Part shown: piece after piece, positions 42,866-55,411 of the stretch
How the letters are laid out: each line of letters starts with the position of its first letter
Numbering within the stretch: position 1 is the stretch's first letter
Assembly (NCBI GenBank): GCA_038087875.1
Contig: CM075991.1
Location: 4,402,001-4,466,000 of the forward strand
DNA length: 64,000 nt
From: Malacoraja senta
Lineage: Eukaryota
Direction of reading: 5' to 3'
Notes under the pieces: model-generated
The model's database searches: none
The model's input: the letters and a program-made list of their open reading frames with translations, nothing else
Told to the model about the DNA's origin: nothing
Position numbers and translations under genes: made by a program

Positions 42866-43497
42866 GGATTTTGAGTATAGGAGCAGGGAGGTTCCTCTGC
42901 AGTTGTACAGGGTCTTGGTGAGACCACACCTGGAGTATTGCGTACAGTTTTGGTCTCCAAATCTGAGGAAGGACATTATAGCCATAGAGGGAGTGCAGAG
43001 AAGGTTCACCAGACTGATTCCTGGGATGTCAGGACTTTCATATGAAGAAAGACTGGATAGACTCGGCTTATACTCGCTAGAATTTAGGAGATTGAGAGGG
43101 GATCTTATAGAAACGTACAAAATTCTTATGAGGTTGGACAGGCTAGATGCAGGAAGATTGTTCCCGATGTTGGGGAAGTCCAGGACAAGGGGTCACAGCT
43201 TAAGGATAAGGGGGAAATCCTTTAAGACCGAGATGAGGAAAAACTATTTCACACAGAGAGTGGTGAATCTCTGGAACTCTCTGCCACAGAGGGTAGTTGA
43301 GGCCAGTTCATTGGCTATATTTAAGAGGGAGTTAGATGCGGCCCTTGTGGCTAAGGGGATCAGGGGGTATGGAGAGAAGGCAGGTACGGGATACTGAGTT
43401 GGATGATCAGCCATGATCATATTGAATGGCGGTGCAGGCTCGAAGGGCCGAATGGCCTACTCCTGCACCTATTTTCTATGTATCTATGTATCTATAT
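42866..43497 (+). mobile_element. Young CR1/HER1 LINE 3' fragment
   Basis: Near-identical to 28188-28810; ORF 42903-43397. Confidence 0.92.
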
Positions 43498-44072
43498 CTA
43501 ACAGATAGGTAGCTGCTTCCTGACCCGCTGAGTTACTCCAACACGTTGTGTACCTTTCTAACAAACTCCAAACCTGCAAGCAGCATTTATAACCTAAATA
43601 GAGTCATAGAGTGATACAGAGTGGAAACAGGCCCTTTGGCCCAACTTGCCAACATGACCCAGCTACACTAGTCCCAACCTGCCTGCGCTTGGTCCATATC
43701 CCTCCAAACTTGTCCTATCAATGTACCTGCTAACTGTTTCTTAAATGCTGGGATAGTCCCAGCCTCAACTACCTCCTCCGACAGCTTGTTCCATACACCC
43801 ACCACCCTTTGTGTGAAAAGGTTATCCCTTAGATTCCTATTAAATGTTTTCCCCTTCACCTTGAACCTATGTCCTCTGGTCCTCGATTCCCCTACTCTGG
43901 GCAGGAGCATGAAGTGAGCAAGAGTAAGAAAATGAAATGGAAAATAGAATAAAATAAAATGAACCCTGTGAAAAGGTTTAGCAAGACCCTCTGTTCAGGA
44001 ATAAATTGGTGATGGACAGTGACTATTGGACCAAGCCAGTTACATCGGCACTCTGTAAATAATTTTCTTTTA

Positions 44073-44393
44073 AAGCCCTGTCCCACGGTACGAGTTCATT
44101 CCAAGAGCTCTCCCGAGTTTGCCCTGATTCGAACTCGGAGATTTACGGTAATGGCCACTCGTCGGTACTCGGGGCTCTCGTGGACATTTTTCATCATGTT
44201 GAAAAATCTCCACGAGGCTTCCCGTGCTTACCTGCCGTTAGCGAGTCTTCCCGAGTACCTGCCGTTAGCGCTAAGAGACGTCCCCGAGCTCCGACGTACC
44301 CGCTACGTTCATTCTCCGTGCTTACCACGAGTTTGATTTTTGTTTAAACTCGGGAGAGCTCTTGGAATGAACTCGTACCGTGGGACAGGGCTT
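44073..44393. mobile_element. PIF/Harbinger MITE, opposite orientation to 38683-39001
   Basis: TIRs AAGCCCTGTCCCACGGTACGAGTTCATTCCAAGAGCTCTCCCGAGTTT; TTA target-site duplication at 44070-72 and 44394-96. Confidence 0.82.
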
Positions 44394-44472
44394 TTACTTC
44401 ACAAAAACCAAGTGCTGTTTGACGATAAGGTTCCTCGGTCCCGGCCTGATGGATATTCTTGACTCTCCACAG

Positions 44473-44562
44473 AATTCGTACAAGGAGGCAGTGCTCACGA
44501 GCGAATGGAACAGGAAGGTGGAGTTCTCCACCGGAGAAGTCATTATCCTACACAACCCAAAG
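44473..44562 (+). CDS. DDHD2: DDHD2-like coding exon 4
   Basis: NSYKEAVLTSEWNRKVEFSTGEVIILHNPK; 90 nt; phase 0/0. Confidence 0.93.
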
Positions 44563-44724
44563 GTGACCGACCGACCGACCACGGGCTCTCACGTAGTGTT
44601 GAGGCAAAGCCGGGGTTTTCATGGGACATTCGAGTGCCTTGTGCTGTGGCTAAGCTAGGATTTGGACGCCTTGCTGACCCACTAGTTGAAACCTTGGAAG
44701 GAGGCCTCTAAGTACAGAGCAGTT

Positions 44725-45300
44725 AGTAGTTTCTGAGGCGCTGGTCAGGCCGTATTTGGAATATTGTGAGCAATTTTGGTCACGATATCTGAGGGAGGAT
44801 GTGCTGGCTCTGGAGAGGGTCCAGAGGAGGTTTACAAGAATGATCCCAGGAATGAGTAGGTTAACATATAATGAGCATTTGTCGGCACTGGGCCCGTACT
44901 CGCTGGAGTTTAGAAGAATGAGGGGGGGACCTCATTGAAATGTGCTGAATAGTGAAAGGCTTGGATAGAGTGGATGTGGAAAGGATGTTTCCACCAGTGG
45001 GAGAGTCTAGGACTAGAGGTCATAGCCTCAGAATTGAAGGACATTCTTTTAGGAAGGAGATGAGGAGAAATATCATTAGTCACAGATTGGTGAATCTATG
45101 GATTATTTTCCCACAGAAGGCTGTGGAGGACACGCCAGTGGATATTTTTAAGCAGAGATAGATAGATTCTTGATTAGTACAGGTGTCAGAGGTTGTGGGG
45201 AGAAGGCAGGAGAATGGGGTTAAGAAGGAGAGATAGATCAGCCATGATTGAGTAGCGCAGTAGACTTGATGGGCCGATTGGCCTAATTCTACTCCTATCA
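44725..45300 (+). mobile_element. CR1 LINE 3' fragment (second subfamily)
   Basis: EYCEQFWSRYLREDVLALERVQRRFTRMIPG / KGLDRVDVERMFP...ESRTRGHSLRI with frameshifts. Related copies at about 7420-7840(-), 49355-49780, 52895-53320, 60270-60630 and 62970-63455. Confidence 0.85.
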
Positions 45301-45711
45301 TTTAGACAATAGGTGCAGGAGTAGGCCATTCAGCCCTTCGAGCCAGCACCGCCATTCAGTGTGATCATGGCTGATCATCCCCAATCAGCACCCCGTTCCT
45401 GCCTTCTCCCCATATCCCCTGACTCCGCTATCTTTAAGAGCCCTATCTAGCTCTCTCTTCTCTGAGGCAGAGAATTCCACCGACTCACAACTCTCTGTGT
45501 GAAACTCGTAAGCTTATGCCACTTCATGGAGTCTTACAACAAGGAAACAAGCCCTTCAGACCAATATTAGAACTGAGCTCCAGGGATAACTCTCAAAGTA
45601 AACCTTTTTACCGAGGAGTTAAAAAAAATTATTAGAAGGCTCTCCAGCTACGCCACGGTGCTGCCCACGTGTATTTACTCATTGTTGTAGTGTCCGTGTT
45701 TTGCTTCTATA

Positions 45712-46432
45712 CATCTATCCCCCTCTCCCCTCTCCATCTCTCCACCTCTCCTAATCCATCTCTCCCCCTCTCTATCTCTCTCTCTCTACCCTCTCTATCT
45801 CTCTCTCTCCCCCTCTCTATCTCTCTCTCTCTCTACCCTCTCTATCCATCTCTCCCCTCTCTATCCATCTCTCCCCTCCTTCTATCTCTCTCTCCCCTCT
45901 CTATCTCTCTATCTCTCTATCTCTCTATTCTCTATCTCTCTATCTCTCTATCTCTCTATCTCTCTATCTCTCTATCTCTCTATCTCTCTATCTCTCTATC
46001 TCTCTATCTCTCTATCTCTCTATCTCTCTATCTCTTCTATCTCTCTATCTCTCTATCTCTCCTATCTCTCTATCTCTCTATCCTCTCTATCTCTCTATCT
46101 CTCTATCTCTCTATCTCTCTATCTCTATCTCCCTCTCTCCCCTCTCTATCTCTCTATCTCCTCTCCCCCTCTCTATCTCTCTATCTCCCTCTCCCCCTCT
46201 CTATCTCTCTATCTCCCTCTCCCCTCTCTATCTCTCTATCTCCCTCTCCCCCTCTCTCTCTCTCTATCTCCCTCTCCCCTCTCTATCTCCCTCTCTCCCC
46301 CCTCCCCCCTCTCCCCCTCAATCTCTCTCTCCCCCTCTCTATCTCTCTATCTCTCTATCTCTCTATCTCTCTATCTCTCTATCTTCTCTATCTCTCTATC
46401 TCTCTATCTCTCTATCTCTCTATCTCTCTCTC

Positions 46433-46493
<61 letters not shown>

Positions 46494-46735
46494 CTCTCTC
46501 TCTATCTCTCTATCTCTCTATCTCTCTATCTCTCTATCTCTCTATCTCTCTATCTCTCTATCTCTCTATCTCCTCTCCCCTCCTCCCTCTCTATCTCTCT
46601 ATCCCCTCTCCCCCTCTCTATCTCCCTCTCCCCCTCTCTATCTCTCTATCTCCCTCTCCCCCTCTCTATCTCCCTCTCTCCCCCTCTCCCCCCTCTCTAT
46701 CTCTCTCTCTCTCCCCCCTCTCTCCCCTCTCTCTC
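45712..46735. repeat. About 1-kb G-free (TCTCTA/CT)n pyrimidine-rich repeat
   Basis: Direct observation; ends about 20 nt before the acceptor of DDHD2-like coding exon 5. Confidence 0.97.
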
Positions 46736-46757
46736 GTTCTTGGCCCCACCGCCTCAG

Positions 46758-46968
46758 CTGATGATGCATTTCCAACCCTCGGGCTTGCTGGACGAGTGGG
46801 GCTCGGCCTCGGCGGAGCAGAGCAAGCCCTGGGCGGTGAAGAGGGGCACGGAGCAGACGTACGGGGACATCTATGCCGGTGAACCCGTGAAGGTGGACCA
46901 CTTGGTCTTCATGGTGCATGGAATCGGACCGGCGTGTGACATTCGGTTCCGTAGCATCATTCAATGCG
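46758..46968 (+). CDS. DDHD2: DDHD2-like coding exon 5
   Basis: [30 protein letters not shown]...[30 protein letters not shown]; 211 nt; donor G|GTAAGT. LMxHxQP and GPACD are DDHD2-type residues. Confidence 0.95.
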
Positions 46969-47094
46969 GTAAGTCTTGTCCTGTTTGCAAGTTATTAGAC
47001 ACAACATGCTGGAGTAACTCAGCGGGACAGGCCAGCATCTCTGGAGAGAAAGAATGGGTGACGTTTTGGGTCGAGACCCTTTTTCAGACTGAAG

Positions 47095-47990
47095 AAGGAC
47101 AGTCAGCAGAAAGACAATACATGATTACAATCAGGACATTTACAGTGTACAGATTATATGATAAGGAAAGTTTAGTGCAAGGAAAGCCAGGTAAGTCCAG
47201 ATCAAGGATAGTCCGAGGGTCACCAATGAGGTAGATGGTAGTTCTGCACTGCTCTCTGGTTGTGGAAGGATGGTTCAGTTGCTTGATAGCTGTTGAGAGG
47301 AAACTGTCCCTGAATCAGGAGGTGTGCGTTTTCACACTTCTATACCTTTTACCTGATGGGAGAGGGGAGAAGAGTGAGTGTCCAGGGTGCGACTCATTCT
47401 TGATTATGCTGCTGGCTTTGCCAAGGCAGCGTGAGGTATAAATGGAGTCAATGGAAGGGAGGTTGGCTTTGTGTGATGGTCTGGGCTGCGTCCACAATTC
47501 GCTGCAATTTCTTGCAGTCCTGGATGGAGCTGTTCCCAAACCAAGCTGTGATGCATCCTGATAAAATGCTTTCTACGGTGCATCTGTAGAAGTTGGTGAG
47601 AGATGTAGGGCACTTGCTGAACTTCCTGAGCCTTCTCAGGAAGTCGAGGCGTTGGTGTGCTTTCATGGTCGTTGTTCAATATGGGTGGTCCCCCAGGACA
47701 AGTTGGTGGCGATATGACTCCTAGGAATTTGAAGTTTGCACCCATCTCTCCTTCAGCACCGTCGATGCAAACTGGGGTATGTGAACCACTCCACTTCCTG
47801 AAGTCGATCACTGTCCCCTTTGTGGTGCTGACATTGAGAGAGAGGTTGTTGTCTCGACACCAGGACACGAGATTCTCCATCACCATCATTATTTGACATC
47901 CGACCCACAATGGTGGTGTCGTCTGCGAATTTGAAAATGGCATTAGATGTGTACCTGGCCGCATGGTCGTGGGAGTACAAGGAGTGGAGA
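47095..47990 (-). mobile_element. Rex1/Babar-type LINE fragment
   Basis: IFKFADDTTIVG, WCRDNNLSLNVSTTK and KAHQRLDFLRRLRKF...FYRCTVESILSGCITAWFGN. Related 3' fragments at about 185-550(+) and 21770-22020(-). Confidence 0.85.
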
Positions 47991-48244
47991 CATTACACCG
48001 TTGAACGTTGGTTCTGCGCTGCCCTTTGTATCAATTCGATGTGTTACTGGAGGATGTCCCGATCCTGGATGTCAGACTCCATCAGTTAAAGCTGTGACAT
48101 TTAACAACAGCACAATAGCTGTTCAAATTCAAAGCCCATCTGCCCTCCCTGGCCATTGTGGCACAAAGGACACCTTTGCCTTCTGCCCACTTGGGCTGCA
48201 GGTTGCCGATTTTTTTTTTTAGCCCATTCTCCCCTTCTCCGCAG

Positions 48245-48385
48245 TGAATGATTTTCGGAACGCATCCTCAACCTGCTGCAAACGCACTTCAAGAAGGCAC
48301 AGGATGAACAGAAGGTTGGTCGCGTGGAGTTTCTGCCAGTCAATTGGTACTGCACTTTGCATGGAGAGGCAACCGGGGTGGACGA
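48245..48385 (+). CDS. DDHD2: DDHD2-like coding exon 6 (1-nt deletion in this sequence)
   Basis: VNDFRNAS then, in a shifted frame, [39 protein letters not shown]; 141 nt where the flanking phases call for 142. Confidence 0.9.
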
Positions 48386-48612
48386 GTGAGTGTCTACATT
48401 TCCAATACACTGAATAATGTGTGTCTGTACGTATGTACGCATCCATTGCTTGGGGCCTTGTACCTTGTACGTCCTGTTTTTGTGCTTGTTTACATGCGCG
48501 TGTGTGCGTGAATTAGTTAGTTAATGTATTGTCACCTGGACCAAGGTACGGTGAAAAGCTTGTGTGTGTGAAGACACGCGAAATACAATGCTATTTTATA
48601 TTTATTTAGATG

Positions 48613-49220
48613 GAAACATAGAAAATAGATACGAGCCATTCAATCTGATCATGGCTGATCATCCAAAATCAGTACCCTGTTCCTGCTTTTTCTCCTGATT
48701 CCATCAGCCCAAAGAGCTAAATCTAACTCTCTCTTGAAAACATCTAGTGAATTGGCCTCCACTGCCTCCTGTGGCAGAGAATTCCACAGACTCGCAACTC
48801 TCTGGGTGAAAACGTTTTTCCTCAACTCAGTTCCTAAAATGGCCTACCCTTTATTCTTAAACTGTGACCCTGGGTCTGGACTCCCCAACATTGGGAACAT
48901 TTTTCCTGCATATAGCCTGTCCCAATCCAAATTTTTTTTATGTTTCTATAAGATATCCTCTCATCCTCCTAAATTCCAGTGAATACAAGCTCAGCTGACC
49001 CATTCTTTCATCATATGTCGGTCCCGCCATCCCTGGAATTAACCTTGTGAACCTACGCTGCACTCCCTCAATAGCAATAATGTCCTTCCTCAAATTAGGA
49101 GACCAAAATTGTACACAATACTCCAGGTGCGGTCTTACCAGGGCCCTGTACAGCTGCAGTAGGACCTCCTTGCTCCCATACTCAAATCCTCTCGCAATGA
49201 AGGCCAACATGTCATTAGCT
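48613..49220 (-). mobile_element. CR1/HER1 LINE 3' fragment
   Basis: ORF 48938-49348(-) contains LLQLYRALVRPHLEYCVQFWSPNLRKD. Similar fragments at about 6835-7190(-) and 50787-51160(+). Confidence 0.85.
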
Positions 49221-51524
49221 CGAAATGAAGGCCAACATGAAGGAGGCTTGGTTGAATATAACCACAGCATGGAGTGTTTGTGACAAATGGCTTGAATGAA
49301 TGTGGAGAGGATGTTTTCTACATGGAAGAGTCTAGGACCAGAGGGCACAACCTGTGATGAGCATTGCCGGCACTGGGCCTGTACTCACTAGTGTTTGAAG
49401 AAGGAGGGGGACCTCATTGAAACATACAGAGTAGTGAAAGGCTTGGATAGAGTGGATGTGGAGAGGATGTTTCCACTCGTGGGAGAGTCTAGGACTAGAG
49501 GTCACAGCCTCAGAATTAAAGGACGATCTTGTCGGAAGGAGATGTGGAGGAATGTCTTTAGTCAGGATGGTGAATCTGTGGAATTCATTGCCACGGAAGG
49601 CTGTGATGGCCAAGTTAATGGGTATTTTTAAGTAGAGATTGACAGGTTCTTGATTGGTAAGGGGGTTGAAGGTTATGGGGAGAAGGCAGAAGAATGGGGA
49701 GGGAAAGATAGATCAGCCGTGATTGATAGATCAGACGCGATGGGCCGAATGGCTTAATTCTGCTCCTATGACTTATGAACTTATCCCATACTATATACCC
49801 AATGTAACCCTGTGTCTGTGTGTACAGGTAGATGCCCATACCCCAATATAAGTGAGAAATAGGTCTACATCTTAATCATTTGAAAATAATTTAAATTAAG
49901 TTAGAAACTGCGTGTGTGTACTTGGAAATTGCACGCAGATGAACATTTGCAGCATGTTTGTGCATGCTTCCAGGTAACCTGCTGTCTGCTTCAGGTACAT
50001 TCTGCGTACATTGTTGCGCTCTCAGAGTTCCAGTTCTATCGTGCTCTGGTACGGAGAGGGTGGCTGGACAGATGCGTGTCCACGCCGCCTCTTAGTGGTG
50101 GTAGTAGACCTGCCAACGTTTGCGTATTCTGTGCAGGTTGAGAGGCAGACACTCTCTCACACCCCCCCCTCCCCCCCATCCCACCCCATCAACCCAAGCC
50201 ACCCACTTGGAGAAGGACCATGGGAGGGGAGGGGGGGGGGGAGTGGAGCCAGTGGGACTCTATCCTAACCAAACCTCGTCAGTTAGCATTGAAATGCACA
50301 ATATTCCTTGACTCGGTGGGAGAAGGGAGGGTGGGGAACCCTGACTGGGTTGTGGGGAACCAGAGATTACGGTTGTTTCGTTTTTCAATTTCGAGATGCA
50401 ACGCGGAAACCGTGCCGACCAGCGATCCCCGCTCACTAATCATCCTCCACACACTGGGGACAATTTACACATACACCAAGCCGATTAACATGCAAACCTG
50501 GACGTCTTTGGGTGGGAGTAAACTAAAGATCTCGGAGAAAACCCACATGGTCACGGGGAGAACGTACAAACTCGGTACGGACAGCACCCGTAGTCAGGAT
50601 CGAACCCGGGTCTCTGGCGCTGTAAGGCAGTAGCTCTAACACTGTGCCACTGTGCCATCTGGAGAACAAAAAACGGGTCGGGCCATTCGGGGTTAAGAGG
50701 GAAATGTCTTCACTCACAGGGCAGTCAACCCTTGGAGTTCTGTATTCAGGAGGGCTGTGGAGATTCTAGCCCTGAGTACATTTGCATTGAAACATATAAG
50801 AGTATTAAGGGTTTGGACACGCTAGAGGCAGGAAACATGTTCCTGATGTTGGGGGAGTCCAGAACCAGGGGCCACAGAATAAGGGGTAGGCCATTTAGAA
50901 CGGAGATGAGGAAACACCTTTTCACACAGAGGGTTGTGAGTGTGGAATTCTCTGCCTTAGAAGGCAGTGGAGGACAATTCTCTGGATGCTTTCAAGAGAG
51001 AGTTCGATAGGGCTCTTAAAGATAGCTGAGTCGGGGGATATGGGGGGAAGGCAGGAACGGGATACTGCTTGTGGATGATCAGCCATGATCACAGTGAATG
51101 GCGGTGCTGGCTCGAAGGGCCGAATGGCCTAGTCCTGCACCTATTGTTTATTGTCTATTGTTGGGTAGGTTGAGGCAATGGTGGTGGGGATGAGGGGTTA
51201 ACATAGAACAGTACAGCACAAGAACAGGCCCTTCGGGCCACATCATCTGTGCTGTACATATCACCATGACCAGCTCTTATCTACCCACACATTATCCAGA
51301 TCCCTCAATCCTCAGCAGATCCATATGCTTATGCAATAGTATATTAAATGCTACAACCACCACCCTCAGCAGTGTTTTCCAGGCACTCGTAATCCTCGGT
51401 GTGATAAAAAATAAAATCCTTGCTCAGATCTGTGGCCCAAAACTGCTCACAATGCCCCCACCTAATGTGCTGGTGCCGTTGCCCTGGTCCCGCACTGACT
51501 CCCTCTCTCGCTTCCTCCCGCCAG

Positions 51525-51733
51525 AGACATCCGGAGGATCACGCTGCCGAGCATCGGCCGCCTGCGGCACTTCACCAACGAGACCCTGCTCGACCTCTTC
51601 TTCTACAACAGCCCCACCTACTGCCAGACCATTGTGGACACGGTGGCCAGTGAGATGAACCACCTCCTCGCCCTCTTCCAGCAACGCAATCCCCACTTCA
51701 GCGGAGGCGTGTCGGTGACGGGACACAGTCTTG
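51525..51733 (+). CDS. DDHD2: DDHD2-like coding exon 7 (lipase GxSxG nucleophile)
   Basis: [69 protein letters not shown](G); 209 nt. [11 protein letters not shown] matches DDHD2 rather than SEC23IP. Confidence 0.96.
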
Positions 51734-53985
51734 GTAAAGTAGCAATGTTGGTCAGCCCAGAGGGCATTGGGCAGAGAGCGATCCTCGACCCCAAACGTCA
51801 GGACCCACTGGTGTTACTCCAGCATGTTGGGTCTATTTACAGCACAGGAACTGGCCCTTCTGCCCACAATGTCTGTGCTGAACATGATGCCAACACATTA
51901 TCCGTCTGCACATTATACATATCCCTCCACTCCCTGCATATCCATGTGCCTATCTTAAATTAAAGGCATTAAAGTCTCTTAAATACCGCTATCGTAACTG
52001 CCTCGTTCATCACCGCCGGCAGTGTGTTCAACACACTCGCCACACTGTATCTTTACAAAAAACTTGCCCCGCAAGTCTCCTTTAAACGTTGATTTCTCGG
52101 CTTTCAAATAACTCCTGCATTCCTTCCTCCACCCTATTTGTCCGACAGGTTCCACTGTTCACACCCCTATATCCCTGTCATTAGCACATCTCTCCCCCAG
52201 CCAACAATGGGCCATTGTGGACTCCACCCTTCCTGAGGTCATCTGTTACCGGCCCTGTGTTGTCCTGGCCTTCTCTATCGTTCAGTCGGAAGAAGGTTTC
52301 CAACCCGAAACGGCACCTATTCCTTTTCTCCAGAGATGCCGCCTGACCCGCTGAGTTACTCCAGCATTTTGTGTCTGCCTTCCTTCCTATAAACATTGGC
52401 CGTCTCACCTTCAAGCTATGTCCTCTAGTATTTGTTTTTTGTTACAATGGACAATAGGTGCAGGTGTAGGCATTCGGCCCTTCGAGCCATTCAATGTGAT
52501 CATGACTGATTATTACATACTGGAATTTCGTGGGCTCCTGGTTATGTTCTGCATTTGATTTTTTCTCCCCTCAATTGTCAAATCCTTCCTTGGCCCTCTA
52601 CCTGTCTACACGTCGATCTCTAGGAGATATTTGGGCTCCTCCAACACGGCCTCCAAATTTAATCCCAACCACTGGTGACTCAGATATGGAGTATTGGGAA
52701 CAGGTTTGGATTCCATATCCGAGGAAGGATGTGCTGGCGTAGGAGAGGGTCCAGTGGAGGCTTACGGGAATTATCCCAGGAATGTTTGGGTCTGAAGAAG
52801 GGTCTCGACCCGAAATGTCACCCATTCCTTCTCTCCAGAGATGCTGCTGCCTGGTCCCGCTGAGTAACTCCAGCATTTTGTGCCTATCTTCAGGTTAGGA
52901 TTAACATATGATGAGCGTCTGAAGGCACTGGACCTGTACTTGCTGGAGTTAAGAAGGATGAGAGGAAGAACCTCATTGAAACTTACCGAATAACGAAAGG
53001 GCTCAATAGAGTGGATGTGGAGAGGATGTTTCAACTAGTGGGAGAGTCTAGGATCAGAGGCCACAGCCTCAGAATAAAAGGACGTACCTTTAGAAAGGAG
53101 ATGAGGAGGAATTTCTTTAGTCAGAGGGTGGTGAATCTGTGGAATTCATTGCCACAGACAGCTGTGGAGGCCAAGTCAATGGGCATTTTTAAAGTGGAGA
53201 TTGACAGGTTCTTGATTAGTACAGGTGTCGGGTGTCATGGCGAGAAGGCAGGAGAATGGGGTTGAGAGGAAAAAATAGATGGGCCGAATGGCCTAATTCT
53301 GCTCTGAGAACTTATGAACTGATGGCTATTGTTTCACTGAGAAATCTTCGAACATGTGCATTAATCACACAAACTATTGGTCTTCTGTCGGTAAACCCTC
53401 GGCCCTGGTCTCCATTACTACAGTCTTGCAGTAAAGTAAAAGAGTGCACATCAGGCTTTTGGCCCATTGACAGTGTGGGATGTTGCCAAGGTGTTTTTCA
53501 CAAAGTACTTGCCAAGCTTCCCCTCCATCTTAAGTTCTTTAGGACGACACAGTTTTGGTAGAGCCGCTGCCTCACAGCACCAGAGACCCGGGGTGAATCC
53601 TGACCTCCGGAGCTGTCTGTGCGGAGTTTGCATGTTCTTCCTGTGACCTGCGCTGGGGAGAAGGCAGGAGAACGGGGTTGGGAGGGAAAAATAGATTGGC
53701 CATAATTGAATGGTGGAGTAGGCCTGATGGGCTGAATTGCTAAATTCTGCTCCCATGCCTTATCTAATGACTGTTCCGGTTTCCTCCCACATCCCAAAAC
53801 ATGTGGGTTTGTAGGTTAAATTGCCTCTGTAGATTTCCCCTAGTGTGTAGGGAGTGGATGAGCAACTGGGATAATGCAGAATTAGTGTGAAGGATGATCG
53901 AACGTCGCCATGGACTTTGTTGGCCGAAGGGCTTGTTATCGTGCTATGTCTCCAAACTAAACTAAATGTGTGTTCTTCTCCTCAG

Positions 53986-54092
53986 GTTCCTTGATCCTCT
54001 TCGACATACTGACAAACCAGGTCGATCCCAGCTCCAAAGAACCAGCGCCAAAGCAATCACTTCCAAATGGGAATTGCCATTCCCGCACCAAG
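53986..54092 (+). CDS. DDHD2: DDHD2-like coding exon 8
   Basis: GSLILFDILTNQVDPSSKEPAPKQSLPNGNCHSRTK; acceptor ctcctcag; donor AAG|GTACTT. Confidence 0.88.
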
Positions 54093-55411
54093 GTACTTCC
54101 TGGTATTCCAAGGTGTTTGATGGGGCCATCGTTGCTGTTTTGGTCACCCTGTTGAAGGTGTTGAATGTGACAGCTTTTTCATGGATAGGACAGGTTATGG
54201 GCATATGGGCCAAATGCAGGCAGGTGGGACTGGTGTAGATGGGACATGTTGGTCGGTGTGGGCAAGTCGGGCCGAAGGGCCTGTTTGCACGCTGTATGAC
54301 TCTGAAAGAAAACTCACTAGTGTTTTGTTGGTCAATAACCAACATAGAAACTAGGTGCAGGAGTAGGCCATTCGGCCTCGAGCCAGCACAGAAATTCAAT
54401 ATAATCATGGCTGATCATCCAAAATCAGTACCCCGTTCCAGCTTTTACCCCTTGATCCCCTTAGCCTGAAGAGCTAAATCTAACCCTCTCAATGGGGTGG
54501 GGGGGGGGGGGGTAATTGGGAGACATTGAGCAGGCTGGGACTCAATTTTCATTGGTGTGTAGGAGGATGAGGGGTGATCTTGGAGAGGTGCACAAAATGA
54601 GGAGAGGAATAGATTGGGTAAACACATAGTGTCTATTGCCCAGAAAAGGGGAATCGAGAACCATAAACACATAGGTTTAAGGTGAGGGGGGAAAGATTTA
54701 ATAGGAACCCGAGAGGTAACTTTTTCACACAAAGGGTGGTGGGTGTATGGAACGAGCTGCCAGAGGAGGTAGTTGGGGCAGGTAGTATTGCAATGTTTAA
54801 GAAACACTTAGACAGGTACAGTACGTGGATAGGGCGTTCAGAGGGATATGGCCCAAACACAAGCGGTTGTGACCAGTGAAGGCCGGCGTGGGCAAGTTGG
54901 GCCGAAGGGCCTGTTTCCACGCTGTATAACTCTACGAAAGGCGGCTCCAGCAAAAGTGTGGTACAGGAGGGACCGTCTAGATCTCTGTGTCCCAGTTTCT
55001 ATGGAGGGAAACTTTACCCCACTATTTTATGACCTTGGGGTTGCACGATACATCAGCGTACCGCATGCCATGTAGAACAAGACGACGCAAGAGCAGGCCC
55101 TTCAGCCCACAATGTCTTTGCCGAACATGACGCCTTAACCATCTCTGATCCAGCAGTTCACCCATTTCACCACGTACCCTCACCGCACGTACCCTGCCCG
55201 TGAACCTCTGGCCATTGAGTGTGAACGAGATGGCCCCACAGCTGGAGCCGATGCTGCCGCCAGCTCCTCGGTCCCAGAGGAATCTCCAAGTCCCCAACGC
55301 GAAGTTGCAGCCGGCCCGTATCGTTGGACCGCGTTCGGGGTGGAGGTTGTTTGCCAAGAGCTTGCCCGCAGCTGAAGTTTTTTGTTTCTTTCTTCCCGTT
55401 GATCGCCACAG

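Noticed and set aside
45669..47234. 521-aa ORF with Leu/Ser/Ile/Tyr repeats
   Set aside because: The first about 360 codons are the G-free pyrimidine repeat, in which no stop falls in this frame; only 46758-46968 is a real exon.
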